The notes under the pieces: model-generated | What the model saw: only the letters and a program-made list of their open reading frames with translations | The model's database searches: none | Told to the model about the DNA's origin: nothing | Assembly (NCBI GenBank): GCA_021802585.1 | Contig: JAJZRQ010000004.1 | Span: forward strand, 190 to 64,189 | Source of the DNA: Chloroflexota bacterium | Lineage (GTDB): Bacteria; Chloroflexota; Limnocylindria; Limnocylindrales; CSP1-4 | Direction of reading: 5' to 3' | Length of the DNA stretch: 64,000 nucleotides | In this document: positions 16,888 through 25,127 of the stretch, piece by piece | Layout: every line of letters starts with the position of its first letter | Position numbering within the stretch: the stretch's first letter is position 1 | Position numbers and translations under genes: made by a program

Positions 16888-18201
16888 CTACGGGGCCGGA
16901 AGCGAGACCAGGTTCGACGCCTCGGTCGGCGGTACGAGGCCATCAGGACTGACGAGGAACGTGGACGGCGGAAGCTCCAGTCCGAGGCCTGCGTCGGGCG
17001 ACACGAGCTGGAGAGTCGGGGTGGCGGTTGTGTCGCCAGCCGACCAGACCGTGCGCACTACCCCGGTCGAGAGGTCAAGGGCATCGAGCCGATACGGGCC
17101 GCCGGGACACGACGACCACGGCCCATCGGCAACGTAGATCAAGGCGGCGCCGTCCTGCGTCCGGACAACCGTGCCAGGGAGGAAGCAGGTCAGGGTCGTG
17201 GTCATGGCGCCCGTGTCGAGGTTCACGCGCCGGTTGCCGACGACGATCTCCGAATCGGTCAGGCCCGCCACATCGTCAGGCGGCATATCCCTCACGGTGA
17301 TCCCCGGGCGTCCCCCGTCGAGCTCCCAGACACGGACAACGCACGTGCCGATGGTCGGGCACTCGACCGCGACCAGGCGATCGCGGTCCGGGGTCAAGAA
17401 CAACTTGACACGGACCTGCGCGCCGGCCTCGGCTTTGATCCCTCCCGACGGCCCCAGGAGCCGGCGCTCCGAACCACCGGCGAGGTCCAGCTCCCAGATG
17501 CCTTGGTACCGGCGGTCCTCCAGGCCGAACCGGGCGTAGAAGAGCAGTCCGCGCGACCGATCGAGGACCGCCTGCGGCACCGCGGCCGGGATCGTCGCCA
17601 CCGGCGTCTCGGCGCCGTCGGCGATCGAGACTTGGCGGATCACGGCCCCCTCGACGAGGGTGTAGCCGTAGACCATGGCGCCATCGGCGGCGGTGGCGAA
17701 CGGGGCGGCGTTCAGCTCGAGCTGTGGCCGGGGAGGGTCCACGACCTTCTCGAAGTCCGCCGTGACCTGCAGGGCGACGCCCGTCCGGATGCGCAGGTGA
17801 ACGAGTCCGAGCGGATCCTGCGGGCCCTCGACGTGACTGCCTTCCTGCACCGATTCGAACCGATACCAGCCGTAGGAAAGGGCGGCTGCGTTCGTGGGCG
17901 TCGGGACAACGGTCGGGGTCGGCGGGGAGGTCGGCGACGGCCCGGCCGAGGCGGACGCTAGAGGCGGCGGCTGCGCCGGCGGCAGGGTGCGCGGCCCGAG
18001 TGCGATCGCCGCCAGCGCCAGCACGGCCAGGCCCGCCGTGCCGGCCACGAGGGCCAGCACGGCGCGGTGCATCCCGCCCCTCTGCTGTTCGGTCGAGCGT
18101 GCGCTCATCAATGCACCCAGGAGCGGTCCTTGAGACAGTAGTGGGTCGGGTTCCTGCCCGCGAAGCCAGGCTCGGAGGTCCTCCTCAAGATCCGGCATCA
18201 C
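16888..18201 (-). CDS. single-pass membrane protein in anti-sigma position, large beta-rich ectodomain
   Basis: The gene overlaps the stop of the ECF sigma gene. A ~45-aa cytoplasmic N-terminus (no HxxxCxxC) is followed by a TM helix (AVLALVAGTAGLAVLALAAIAL), a Pro/Ser/Thr linker and a ~330-aa domain with repeated beta-strand-like segments. Confidence 0.55.
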   Translation of the reverse strand: MMPDLEEDLRAWLRGQEPDPLLSQGPLLGALMSARSTEQQRGGMHRAVLALVAGTAGLAVLALAAIALGPRTLPPAQPPPLASASAGPSPTSPPTPTVVPTPTNAAALSYGWYRFESVQEGSHVEGPQDPLGLVHLRIRTGVALQVTADFEKVVDPPRPQLELNAAPFATAADGAMVYGYTLVEGAVIRQVSIADGAETPVATIPAAVPQAVLDRSRGLLFYARFGLEDRRYQGIWELDLAGGSERRLLGPSGGIKAEAGAQVRVKLFLTPDRDRLVAVECPTIGTCVVRVWELDGGRPGITVRDMPPDDVAGLTDSEIVVGNRRVNLDTGAMTTTLTCFLPGTVVRTQDGAALIYVADGPWSSCPGGPYRLDALDLSTGVVRTVWSAGDTTATPTLQLVSPDAGLGLELPPSTFLVSPDGLVPPTEASNLVSLPAP

Positions 18202-18760
18202 GACCCTCCCGGCCCGTCATCGGGCCCTTTCCGTCCGAGTCCGCAGCTCGTCGCTCGGCATCGAGCTCCGCCCGAAGGGCGCGAAGCCCGTGGTGCAGCC
18301 TGGAGCGGACGGTCCCTGGTCGGGCTCGAACGATCTCCGCTATCTCCCGGGGCTCCAGCTCGACGTAGTAGCGGAGGACCAGTACCTCGCGATGCTCGGC
18401 TCGCAGCCGCCGGAAAGCAGCCCCCATCTCATCCCGCGCCTCGGCCGAGACGCCCGGCGCCACCGAGCGAGGCATGTCCAGCTGCCGTACCAGATGCTGC
18501 TGCCGCCGGCTGCGACGCAACTCACGACGGCATTCGTTGACGACGATCGCGTACATCCACGCGTCGAAACGCTCTGGATGTCGCACCTGCCGCACGTGCG
18601 TCCAGATTCGGACCAGGCTCTCCTGAGTGGCGTCTGCCGCCACGTCGTCATCCCGCAGGATCATCCGGGCAACCGCCATGGCCCGCGGGGCCCACTGATC
18701 CGCGAGGATCGCGAACGCACCGGCATCGCCGCGCTGCGCCTTCTCGACGAGATCTTCCAA
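18185..18760 (-). CDS. ECF-type RNA polymerase sigma factor (sigma-70 regions 2 and 4)
   Basis: The translation reads (L)EDLVEKAQRGDAGAFAIL...DATQESLVRIW...FDAWMYAIVVNECRR (region 2) and REVLVLRYYVELEPREIAEIVRARPGTVRSRLHHG (region 4). The TTG 18760 start is supported by GGGGAG 6 nt upstream, with GTG 18793 as an alternative. Confidence 0.8.
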   Translation of the reverse strand: MEDLVEKAQRGDAGAFAILADQWAPRAMAVARMILRDDDVAADATQESLVRIWTHVRQVRHPERFDAWMYAIVVNECRRELRRSRRQQHLVRQLDMPRSVAPGVSAEARDEMGAAFRRLRAEHREVLVLRYYVELEPREIAEIVRARPGTVRSRLHHGLRALRAELDAERRAADSDGKGPMTGREGRDAGS

Positions 18761-18920
18761 GACTCGCTCCCCAGTCGGACGCTTCAGGCTCACGCAGAAC
18801 CGCACATCCTGATGCCCGATCGATGCCCCTGCGGGTCGTCTCGTTGCGTTTTCGCGATGAGCCGGGTCTCCCGGCTCCGGAGGTCGTCTGGCGGCGGCGC
18901 CGACTGGCGCGGCGAAGCCA

Positions 18921-20465
18921 TCACGCCTCCAGCGTCCGCGCCTCGCGACGGAGGAGCTCCCAGGCCCGCTCGACATGGCGGCCTTCCGTGCGCAGGTTGC
19001 CGATCGCGACCCGGATGGCGAAGCGGTCGTGCAGCCGCGTGTGCGAGAGGAAGACCTCGCCGGTGGCGTTCACGGCGGCCATCAGCCGCTCGTTCGCGGC
19101 GTCGAGCCGGACCCGGACCGCCGGCTCGTCCTCGCGCCCGGCCAGCGCGGACGGACGCCAGCGGAGGCAGACCGTGGAGAACGGCACCGGCGCCAGCCGC
19201 TCGAAGTCCGGCTCGGCGTCCACGGCCGCTGCCAGCTCCTCGGCGAGCCGGCAGTGGGCGTCGATCCGGCGGCGCATCCCCGCGAGGCCGAAGTAGCGCA
19301 GCTGCATCCAGAGCTTCAGGGCGCGCATCCGGCGCCCGAGCTGCGGCTGGTACTCCGCGAAGTCGTGGACGGGCCGCTCCTGGTCGAGGGTTCGCAGGTA
19401 CTCCGGGACGAGGCTGAAGGCGGCCCGGACGCCGTCCATCCGGCGGCTCAGGAAGAGCGACGCGTCGAGCGGCGTGAAGAGCCACTTGTGGGGGTTGACG
19501 ACGATCGAGTCGGCGCGCTCCCATCCCTCGAACGGGCCTCGCCGCGGGGGCACGATGGCCACCGCGCCGGCGTACGCGGCGTCGACGTGGAGCCAGATGC
19601 CCTCGCGGGCGGCGATCTCGGCGATCGGGGCGATCGGATCGACGGAGGTCGAAGAGGTCGTCCCGATCGTGGCCACGATCGCGACCGGGATGCCCCCGGC
19701 CGCGCGATCCGCGGCGATCGCCTCGGCGAGGAGGTCGGGGCGCAGCGCGTAGTCGCCGTCGGCGGGGACCCGGCGCAGCGCCGAGCGCCCGAGGCCGAGC
19801 GTCATGCAGGCCTTCTCGATGCTGCTGTGGGCCTCGGTCGAGGCGTAGACGAGCGGCGTCCGCCCGCCGGCACCCGCCCCGAGCCCGGCGGCCGCGGCCC
19901 GCAGGCCGGCCGCCTCGCGCGCCGCCGCGATGGCGATGAGGGTCGAGGTCGAGGCCGTGTCGGTGAGCAGGCCGTCGAACGTCGCCGGGAGCCCGAGCGC
20001 CGCCCGGAGCCAGCCCACGACGACCTGCTCCAGCTCCGTGCCGATCGGCGAGGTCCGCCAGAGCATGGGGTTCTGGCCCAGCACCGCGGTCCACATCTCG
20101 CCGAGGATCCCGGCCGAGGACGCCGTGGTGGCGAAGTAGGCCAGGAAGCCGGGGTGCTGCCAGTGGGTCGCGTTCGGGACGACGAGCCGCTCGACGTCGG
20201 CGAGGATCGTGCCGAGCGGCTGGGGGTCGTCCGGCGCCGCCGCGGGGAGCACCTGCCGGATCGTGCCTGGTTCGATCGCCGGGAGGACCGCCCGCTCCTC
20301 GACGCCGGCGAGGTAGTCGGCCATCGCGTCGACGACGGCGTGCGCCGCGGCACGGAACCGCTCGGGGTCCATGTCCCCCAGGCCGTCCTGCTGGACGTGG
20401 TCGAGGCTCGCGAACGTCTCGGGGAAGGGGCCCGCGGGGCGGTCCCTCGGCGCTTCGTCGGTCAT
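18921..20465 (-). CDS. PLP-dependent group II decarboxylase (aromatic-L-amino-acid/tyrosine decarboxylase-like)
   Basis: The translation reads HWQHPGFLAYFATTAS..., TDTASTSTLIAI, and NPHKWLFTPLDAS with the PLP lysine. Confidence 0.8.
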   Translation of the reverse strand: MTDEAPRDRPAGPFPETFASLDHVQQDGLGDMDPERFRAAAHAVVDAMADYLAGVEERAVLPAIEPGTIRQVLPAAAPDDPQPLGTILADVERLVVPNATHWQHPGFLAYFATTASSAGILGEMWTAVLGQNPMLWRTSPIGTELEQVVVGWLRAALGLPATFDGLLTDTASTSTLIAIAAAREAAGLRAAAAGLGAGAGGRTPLVYASTEAHSSIEKACMTLGLGRSALRRVPADGDYALRPDLLAEAIAADRAAGGIPVAIVATIGTTSSTSVDPIAPIAEIAAREGIWLHVDAAYAGAVAIVPPRRGPFEGWERADSIVVNPHKWLFTPLDASLFLSRRMDGVRAAFSLVPEYLRTLDQERPVHDFAEYQPQLGRRMRALKLWMQLRYFGLAGMRRRIDAHCRLAEELAAAVDAEPDFERLAPVPFSTVCLRWRPSALAGREDEPAVRVRLDAANERLMAAVNATGEVFLSHTRLHDRFAIRVAIGNLRTEGRHVERAWELLRREARTLEA

Positions 20466-20478
20466 GGGCCCAAGTCTA
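20463..20478 (-). promoter_or_regulatory. candidate -10 box TAGACT plus 7-nt spacer plus ATG (leaderless decarboxylase mRNA)
   Basis: The minus strand reads cccgTAGACTtgggcccATGacc. No SD is possible in the spacer. Confidence 0.4.
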
Positions 20479-20615
20479 CGGGCCGCGGCGGCCCGTGCGC
20501 GGCCACTGCGAAGGGGCCGCCGCCCTGGCGGTCCATCGCCGCGCTGCCCGTCCAGCGGTGGACGCCGTCGGGCGGTGGGGTCGCCCCGAGCGTGCGCCGG
20601 CCGGGCCGCATGGCA

Positions 20616-20642
20616 ACGCCCTCCGGGCGACCCGGAGGGCGT
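20616..20642 (-). terminator. 12-bp perfect hairpin 18 nt downstream of tRNA-Pro
   Basis: ACGCCCTCCGGG-cga-CCCGGAGGGCGT is exact. It is followed on the transcript by UGCC, so the U-tract is poor, as is common in high-GC genomes. Confidence 0.5.
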
Positions 20643-20660
20643 CGTTCGCGCGTGGATCGG

Positions 20661-20737
20661 TGGTCGGGGTGCCGCGATTCGAACGCGGGACCTCCTGAAC
20701 CCCATTCAGGTGCGCTACCAAGCTGCGCCACACCCCG
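20661..20737 (-). tRNA. tRNA-Pro (anticodon GGG)
   Basis: The reverse complement is CGGGGTG-TG-GCGC-AGCTTGGTA-GCGC-A-CCTGA-ATGGGGT-TCAGG-AGGTC-CCGCG-TTCGAAT-CGCGG-CACCCCG-A-CCA. It is 77 nt long, all stems pair and CCA is encoded. Confidence 0.9.
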
Positions 20738-20745
20738 ACGGCGAG

Positions 20746-20751
20746 AGGATA
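20746..20751 (-). promoter_or_regulatory. candidate -10 box TATCCT for tRNA-Pro
   Basis: The minus strand reads ctggTATCCTctcgccgt followed by the tRNA 5' end (8-nt spacer). The same TATCCTCTCG decamer precedes the plus-strand gene at 55522. Confidence 0.4.
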
Positions 20752-20766
20752 CCAGAGGCGTCGATC

Positions 20767-20798
20767 GTCACCCGGCCGGCAGGTGACCCGGCCGGCAA
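20767..20798. repeat. tandem direct repeat, 2 x 16 nt, upstream of tRNA-Pro
   Basis: GTCACCCGGCCGGCAG and GTGACCCGGCCGGCAA match at 14 of 16 positions. The element also contains the inverted pair GTCACC/GGTGAC. Confidence 0.6.
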
Positions 20799-20802
20799 CA
20801 CG

Positions 20803-21048
20803 TCACGGAGCCGGCGCCGCCTGCGTCACGGGGCGCCGGAGGGCCGCTCCCGCGACACGTCGGCGAGCCCGAGGCGGTCGCCGACGGTGATCGAGCGCGA
20901 GCCCGGCGACGTCGCCGCTCCGCGCGTACCGCACCGTGACCTGGCGCCCGTCCGCCGAGGTGAGGTGGACCCGCAGGAGCCCCGCCACGACGACGAGCCG
21001 GGGGCTCTCCTCGTCCCGGTACACGACGGCGCCGGCCGGCGGCGACAC
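20803..21048 (-). pseudogene. short ORF resembling an internal fragment of a Crp/Fnr-type cyclic-nucleotide-binding domain
   Basis: The 81-codon ORF from GTG 21048 translates as ...AGAVVYRDEESPRLVVVAGLLRVHLTSADGRQVTVRYARSGDVAGLAL.... This matches the beta-roll pattern G..l....lY.v.sG.vrv...s.dGrevtl..l.pGdvfGe. It then runs into Arg/Pro-rich sequence, and there is no N-terminal part, C-helix or HTH. Confidence 0.3.
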
Positions 21049-21086
21049 CGCGGTGGTGGCCCGACCCCGGTCGGGTCTCCGCGCGC

Positions 21087-22622
21087 TCAGCGGCGGCGCG
21101 CGCTCCCGGCGCGACCGGGCCCGCCCGCCGCCGGCCGGCCCCTGCTCCGCGTGCCGGCCCGCCCGCGGCGCGGACGCTCCGCGCCCCGGTTCCGGAAGAC
21201 GAGCCGGATCGGGGCGCCGTGGAAGCCGAGGACGTCGCGGATCCGGTTCTCGAGGTAGCGCCGATAGCTGAAGTGGACGAGCTCCGCGTCGTTCGCGAAG
21301 AAGATGAACGTCGGCGGCTCGATCCCGGCCTGGGTCGCATAGAAGAGCTTCGGCCGCCGGCTTTTCACCGCCGGAGGCGCCTGGCGCGCGGTCGCGTCGG
21401 CGAGGACCCGGTTCAGCTCCCCGGTCCCGATCCGCTTCCGTCGCTCCCCCCAGACGTCGACCGCCATCTCGAGCACGCGTTCGACGCGCTGGCCGGTCTT
21501 CGCGCTGATGGAGACGACCGGCGCGAAGTCGAGGAACGGCGCGTCGCGGCGGATCCAGCCGACGTACTGGTCGAACGTGCGGTCGGTCTTGTCCTCGACG
21601 AGGTCCCACTTGTTCACGGCGACGACGAGGCCCTTGCCGGCATCGACCGTGTACCCCGCGACGTGGGCGTCCTGGGCCGTCAGCCCCTCGACGGCGTCGA
21701 CGACGAGGACGGTGACGTCGGCCCGGTCGATCGCCCGCAGGGCCCGGAGGGTCGAGTACCGCTCCGCGCCGGTCCCCGCGGCGACCTTGCCGCGCCGCCG
21801 GATCCCCGCCGTGTCGACGAGGACGACCTCGCCCTGGCCGAAGGCGAGCCGCGTGTCGATCGCGTCGCGGGTCGTGCCCGGGATCGCCGAGACGATCGCC
21901 CGCTCTTCGCCGAGGAGGGCGTTGAGGAGGCTCGACTTCCCGACGTTCGGCCGCCCGACGAGGGCGATCGTCACCGGGCCCGGAGCCGCGTCCTCGGCGA
22001 CGTCGACCTCGTCGGGCTCGAGCCCCGCGGCGAGCTCGTCCGCGATGAAGTCCGCCTCGCGGTCGGTCGCCGCCTCCCGCGCCCGCCGAGCCTGCTCGGC
22101 CTCGGTCTCGGGCGGGAGGGCGAGGACGACCTCGTCGAGGAGGTCGGCGACGCCGCGCCCGTGCGAGGCGCTCACCGGCCACGTCTGCTCCCAGCCCAGC
22201 GCCCAGAACTCGGCGGCATCCAGCTCGCGCCTCGCGTTGTCGGCCTTGTTCACCGCGACGAACACCGGGGCGCTCGCGCGGCGGAGGAGCTCGGCGGCCT
22301 CGGCGTCGGCGGGCGTGAGGCCCGTCGTCGCGTCGACGACGAGGACGATGGCGTCGGCTTCGGCGATCGCGAGCCGGGCCTGCTCCTGCACCTTCTCCTC
22401 GATCGCGTCGCCCGGGGCCGCCTCGAGGCCGCCGGTGTCGACGACGAGGAAGCGGCGGCCATTCCACTCTCCCTCGCCGTAGATGCGGTCGCGCGTCGTC
22501 CGCGCCCGATCCTCGACGATCGCCGCGCGGCTGTCGCCGACGACGCGGTTGAAGAGGGTGCTCTTGCCGACGTTCGGCCGGCCGACGATCGCGACGAGCG
22601 GCAGCGAGGCCCGCGCGTTCAC
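21087..22622 (-). CDS. der: ribosome biogenesis GTPase Der (EngA), two G domains plus KH-like domain
   Basis: The translation reads [16 protein letters not shown]...DTGG...NKAD and [16 protein letters not shown]...DTAG...NKWD, with a basic C-terminal tail. The GTG start overlaps the ispH stop (GTGA). Confidence 0.9.
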   Translation of the reverse strand: MNARASLPLVAIVGRPNVGKSTLFNRVVGDSRAAIVEDRARTTRDRIYGEGEWNGRRFLVVDTGGLEAAPGDAIEEKVQEQARLAIAEADAIVLVVDATTGLTPADAEAAELLRRASAPVFVAVNKADNARRELDAAEFWALGWEQTWPVSASHGRGVADLLDEVVLALPPETEAEQARRAREAATDREADFIADELAAGLEPDEVDVAEDAAPGPVTIALVGRPNVGKSSLLNALLGEERAIVSAIPGTTRDAIDTRLAFGQGEVVLVDTAGIRRRGKVAAGTGAERYSTLRALRAIDRADVTVLVVDAVEGLTAQDAHVAGYTVDAGKGLVVAVNKWDLVEDKTDRTFDQYVGWIRRDAPFLDFAPVVSISAKTGQRVERVLEMAVDVWGERRKRIGTGELNRVLADATARQAPPAVKSRRPKLFYATQAGIEPPTFIFFANDAELVHFSYRRYLENRIRDVLGFHGAPIRLVFRNRGAERPRRGRAGTRSRGRPAAGGPGRAGSARRR

Positions 22623-23602
22623 CGCGCGGCGGCGCCGAGCGCGGCGACCCGGGCCGGCTCCGCCGGCAGCGAGGAGGTCCGGCCGGCAGGCGTCGCGGCC
22701 GCGCCGAGCGCCGCCGCCGCGAGCTCGGCCGCACGCGCCCGGGCGCCGGGCGTGCCGGCGAGCTCGAGGATCCGCTCGGCGACGCGGGCGAGGTCCTCGA
22801 TCGGGGTCGAGGTCCCCCCGGTCACCCCGACGAGCGCCGCGGCGCCGAAGGCCCCGGGGTCGTCGAGGTCGGGCGCGTGCTCGACCTGGAGGACCGGCGT
22901 CCCGACGATCTCGCAGAGGCGGGTGAGCTCGCGCGTGTTCGCGCTGCTCCGCCCGCCGACGACGACCATGAAGTCGACCGCCTTCGCCGTGTCGACGGTG
23001 TCCTCCTGGCGGCGGATCGTCACCGGGCAGACGGTGTTCACGATCTTCAGCTCGTGGGCGAGCCCGACCATCCGCGCGGCGAGCCGCTCGAACTTCCAGG
23101 GTGGCTGCGTCGACTGGGTGATGAGCGCCATCCGCTTGCGGCGCGGGATCCGGTCCCAGTCCCCCTCGTCGTCGACGACGATCGCCTCGGGCGCGAAGCC
23201 GAGGAGCCCGATGACCTCGGGGTGGTTCGGCGTCCCGAGGAGGACGATGGTGTACCCGTCCTCGACGAGCTTCTGGAGCTCTCGCTGCTCGGCGATGACC
23301 CACGAGCACGTGCCGTCGATGACGTCGAGGCCGCGGCCCGCGGCCGCCTCGCGGACGGCGGGGGTGACCCCGTGGGCGCGGATGACGACGGTCGAGCCGG
23401 GGTCAGCGTCCTCGAGGGCCCGGATCGAGCGGACGCCGCGCGCGTGGAGGCTCGCGACGACGCCCTCGTTGTGGACGACCTGGCCGAGCGTCTGGGTCAG
23501 CTTGCCCGCGTCGGCGGCCTCCTTCGCCTTGTCGACCGCCTCGCGCACGCCGTAGCAGAAGCCGGTCCGCCGTGCGATGCGGACGTCCTGCACCATGCCC
23601 AT
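22619..23602 (-). CDS. ispH: 4-hydroxy-3-methylbut-2-enyl diphosphate reductase
   Basis: The translation reads [11 protein letters not shown]...VVHNEGVV...IRAHGV...DGTCSWV...NTVCPVT...[11 protein letters not shown], the three conserved Cys contexts of IspH/LytB. Confidence 0.9.
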   Translation of the reverse strand: MGMVQDVRIARRTGFCYGVREAVDKAKEAADAGKLTQTLGQVVHNEGVVASLHARGVRSIRALEDADPGSTVVIRAHGVTPAVREAAAGRGLDVIDGTCSWVIAEQRELQKLVEDGYTIVLLGTPNHPEVIGLLGFAPEAIVVDDEGDWDRIPRRKRMALITQSTQPPWKFERLAARMVGLAHELKIVNTVCPVTIRRQEDTVDTAKAVDFMVVVGGRSSANTRELTRLCEIVGTPVLQVEHAPDLDDPGAFGAAALVGVTGGTSTPIEDLARVAERILELAGTPGARARAAELAAAALGAAATPAGRTSSLPAEPARVAALGAAAR

Positions 23603-23614
23603 GGGCCGATTATT
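23600..23614 (-). promoter_or_regulatory. candidate -10 box AATAAT plus 6-nt spacer plus ATG (leaderless ispH-der mRNA)
   Basis: The minus strand reads gtgcAATAATcggcccATGggc. It is the most A/T-rich hexamer in the 48-nt spacer after plsC. Confidence 0.35.
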
Positions 23615-23650
23615 GCACGGCGCCCGCCGAAACCCGGCCGCGCCCGCCCG

Positions 23651-24436
23651 TCAGCCCTCGGCGCCGTCGAGGCCGGGCTCCGCCGCAGCCGCCCCCGGAC
23701 GCGGGGCGAGGAGCGGTCCGTAGACGCCGCGATGCCGCTCGGGGAGGAGCTCCGCGATCCGGAGCATGAGCCGGGTCGTCACGTCGTCGAGCGACTCCTT
23801 CGCCCCGTCCGGCCCCCCGCCGCGCTCGAGGACGAACGGTTCTCCGACGCGCATCGCGATGTGGCCGCCGACCCGCCAGAGCACTCTCCCGCGCGGCCAG
23901 AAGCGGTCCGTGCCGGAGACGCCGATCGGGAGGACCGGGGCGCCGGTCCGGAGGGCGAGGAGCGTCACCCCGTCCTTCGCCCGCTGGAGGGCACCGGTCG
24001 GGCTCCGCGTCCCCTCGGGGAACGTGCCGAGGACGCGCCCGTCGTCGAGGACGCTCTTCGCGAGCCGGAACGCCTCCGTGTCGGCGGCGCCCCGGCGGAT
24101 CCCGAAGCAGCCGTTCTGGCGGAGGAACCACCCCGCGACGGGCCAGGCGAGCGCCTCGGCCTTCGCCATCCAGTGGACGGGGCGTCCGAGCGCGGGCGTG
24201 AGCCAGCCGGCGATGAGCGGCGGGTCGGCGTTGCTGACATGGTTCGCGGCGAGGATGAGCGGGCCGCTCGTCGGGACGTGCTCGAGCCCCTCGATCGTCA
24301 CCCGCGTGGACGAGCGGATCATCGTCCGGGCCGCCAGCGAGCTCAGGCGCAGGAACGCCGGGAGGCGGTCCGGGGGCAGGGTGAACGCGACCTCGGCCTG
24401 CCTCGATCGCGGGCGCGCGGGGCGGTCGGCTGTCAT
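23651..24436 (-). CDS. plsC: 1-acyl-sn-glycerol-3-phosphate acyltransferase
   Basis: The translation reads LAANHVSNADPP (HX4D) and GTFPEGTRS. The ATG overlaps the cmk stop (ATGA). Confidence 0.85.
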   Translation of the reverse strand: MTADRPARPRSRQAEVAFTLPPDRLPAFLRLSSLAARTMIRSSTRVTIEGLEHVPTSGPLILAANHVSNADPPLIAGWLTPALGRPVHWMAKAEALAWPVAGWFLRQNGCFGIRRGAADTEAFRLAKSVLDDGRVLGTFPEGTRSPTGALQRAKDGVTLLALRTGAPVLPIGVSGTDRFWPRGRVLWRVGGHIAMRVGEPFVLERGGGPDGAKESLDDVTTRLMLRIAELLPERHRGVYGPLLAPRPGAAAAEPGLDGAEG

Positions 24437-25125
24437 CCTCCCCTCCCCGTCCATGCGGCCCGGACGACCGCCGCGACCGCCGCGACCGTCTCCTCGAACG
24501 TGTGACCATCGGTGCGGACGTGGACGGCGTCCGTCGCGGGGCGGGCCGGCGAGTGCTCCCGCGACCCGTCGAGCCGGTCCCGGCGGCGGAGGTCGTCGAG
24601 GATCGCCCGGCCCTCGGACGAGGCGGGGTCGGTCCCCCGTTCGGCGGCCCGGCGCGCCGCCCGCTCCTCCGGCGAGGCGTCGAGCCAGACCTTCACGTCG
24701 GCGTCGGGGAGGACGACGCTCCCGATGTCGCGGCCGGCGACGACGATCCCGCCGGACGCCGCGAGGGCCCGCTGGCGGCCGAGGAGGGCCGCCCGGACCT
24801 CGGGCTGGCGCGACACGGCGGAGACGGATCGGTCGACCCGCGGCGTGCGGATCAGGGCCCCGACCTCGCGCCCGCCGACGATGACGCGGGTGAGGCGGCC
24901 GGCGTCGTCGGCCCCGAGGTCGATCTCCGCTGCGAGCGGCGCGATCGCGGGCCCGTCGGCCGGGTCGAGCCCTCGCTCGAGGGCGAGCCACGTGAGCGCC
25001 CGGTAGAGGAGGCCCGTGTCGAGGAACCGGCAGCCGAGGGCCGCGGCGAGGGCGGCGCCGACGCTGCTCTTCCCCGACGACCCGAGGCCGTCGAGCGCGA
25101 TGACGGGGCCTCGCGCGCGCTCCAT
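24433..25125 (-). CDS. cmk: cytidylate kinase
   Basis: The translation reads VIALDGLGSSGKSSVGAALA..LGCRFLDTGLLYR...VVAGRDIGSVV. Confidence 0.9.
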   Translation of the reverse strand: MERARGPVIALDGLGSSGKSSVGAALAAALGCRFLDTGLLYRALTWLALERGLDPADGPAIAPLAAEIDLGADDAGRLTRVIVGGREVGALIRTPRVDRSVSAVSRQPEVRAALLGRQRALAASGGIVVAGRDIGSVVLPDADVKVWLDASPEERAARRAAERGTDPASSEGRAILDDLRRRDRLDGSREHSPARPATDAVHVRTDGHTFEETVAAVAAVVRAAWTGRGG

Positions 25126-25127
25126 GG

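Noticed and set aside
17851-17860. A 10-nt match (CGATTCGAAC) to the T-arm region of tRNA-Pro (20675-20684) could be an att site delimiting an island.
   Set aside because: The match is too short, is not at the tRNA 3' end proper and lies inside a coding region. It does not coincide with the compositional boundary.
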